A DNA stretch of 64,000 nt from the human T2T-CHM13v2.0 reference genome, Homo sapiens. A model generated the notes under the pieces. The model was not told the origin of the DNA. It worked only from the letters and a program-made list of their open reading frames with translations, and ran no database searches. Shown here piece by piece: positions 62,978-64,000 of the stretch (its first letter is position 1; each line of letters begins with the position of its first letter). The translations under genes were made by a program, and so were the position numbers. The stretch lies in NCBI RefSeq assembly GCF_009914755.1, contig NC_060926.1. One strand, given 5' to 3'.

Positions 62978-64000
62978 ACAACCCAATTTAAAATGTACAA
63001 AAGATCTGAAGAGGTATTTGTTCAAAAATTATATACAAATGACTGATAAGTACATGAATAGATGCTCAGCATCATTAGAGAAATGCAAATCAAAACACAA
63101 AAAGATGGACAATAAATGTTGGGAGGGATGTAGAGAAATCGGAACCTTCACAAACCGCTGGTGAGAATGTAAAAATGGCATAGCCACTCTGGAAAATATG
63201 GCAGTTCCTCAAAAGGTTAAATGTAAAGCTACCATATAACACAGCAATTATACTCCTAGGTATATATCCAAGAGAAATAAAAACATATGTCCACACAAAA
63301 ACTTAGACACGAATGTTCATAGCATTATTCATAATATCCAAAAAGTAGAAACAACCAAACTATTCACTGACTGATGAATGGATAAGTAAAATGTGGAGAA
63401 TCCATATAATGTAATATTACGTAGCAATAAAAAGGAAAGGCATACTAATACATACCATAACAGACAAACTCTGAAACCACTATGCTAAGTGAAAGAAACC
63501 AGCGGCAAAAGTCTGCATATTGTATGATTCCTTTATATGAAATGACCAGAACAGACAAATCTATAGAGATAGAAAGTTGGCTGCCTAGAGCTTGATGCAA
63601 GGAAATATTTGGGAGAAAAATGTCCTAAAATTGCTTGTGGTAATGGTGACACAACTGAGTGAATTTACGAAAAACCATTGAACTTACAAAGTTCTAATGG
63701 TTGCATTAAATGCAATATGAATTTTACTTCAATAAACCTATTAGAAAATTAAAACACTCTTTTCTTAAAGCACTCTTTAATACCAATTATTAAGATGATA
63801 AATAGTAACACAAATTAACCAAATAATTTAATCAAGTTAACAGCCTCCCTTAAATATCTGCTAGTCTGTAACTATATATTTATGTATATTATATATTAAA
63901 AATTAAACAACATCACTTCAACATATATTCAGATTTCTCACTAATTCTTAATGGCTTTCTTCCAATTACTCTTAATGAATGGGATTTTAATAAACTAAGT

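Larger units (their letters stand above)
60440..63740 (+). mobile_element. Degenerate L1M (L1MB-like) ORF2 and 3' UTR, antisense to SRBD1
   Basis: ORF2 remnants (MILYIENSKQSTTKLLELI), L1 3' motifs, multiple stops. Confidence 0.9.

Overview
Primate (almost certainly human) genomic DNA inside SRBD1 (S1 RNA-binding domain 1, a Tex/Spt6-like protein), transcribed on the minus strand. Five internal coding exons (59705-59808, 50672-50779, 48174-48331, 44567-44657, 43777-43884) splice with canonical AG/GT sites and matching phases into one open frame containing the Tex YqgF/RNase H-like motifs ([15 protein letters not shown]). Positions 1-43776 are one intron of more than 43 kb. The rest is mainly interspersed repeats: about 21 Alu/FLAM, old L1M fragments, solo LTRs (MER50-, MER52-, LTR26-, MLT1-like), Tigger-derived MITEs, MIR and L2. 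Nearly all ORF-track entries are spurious. I found no novel multi-gene system. Best second-look items: a TSD-flanked tailless retrocopy of a 5' tRNA-Cys half, a candidate 569-nt SRBD1 circle whose back-splice junction creates a stop codon, a strong recursive-splice-site motif next to UG repeats, candidate poison exons, close inverted Alu pairs and a perfect 16-bp inverted repeat. Repeat subfamily names come from recalled consensus sequences, not a database search.
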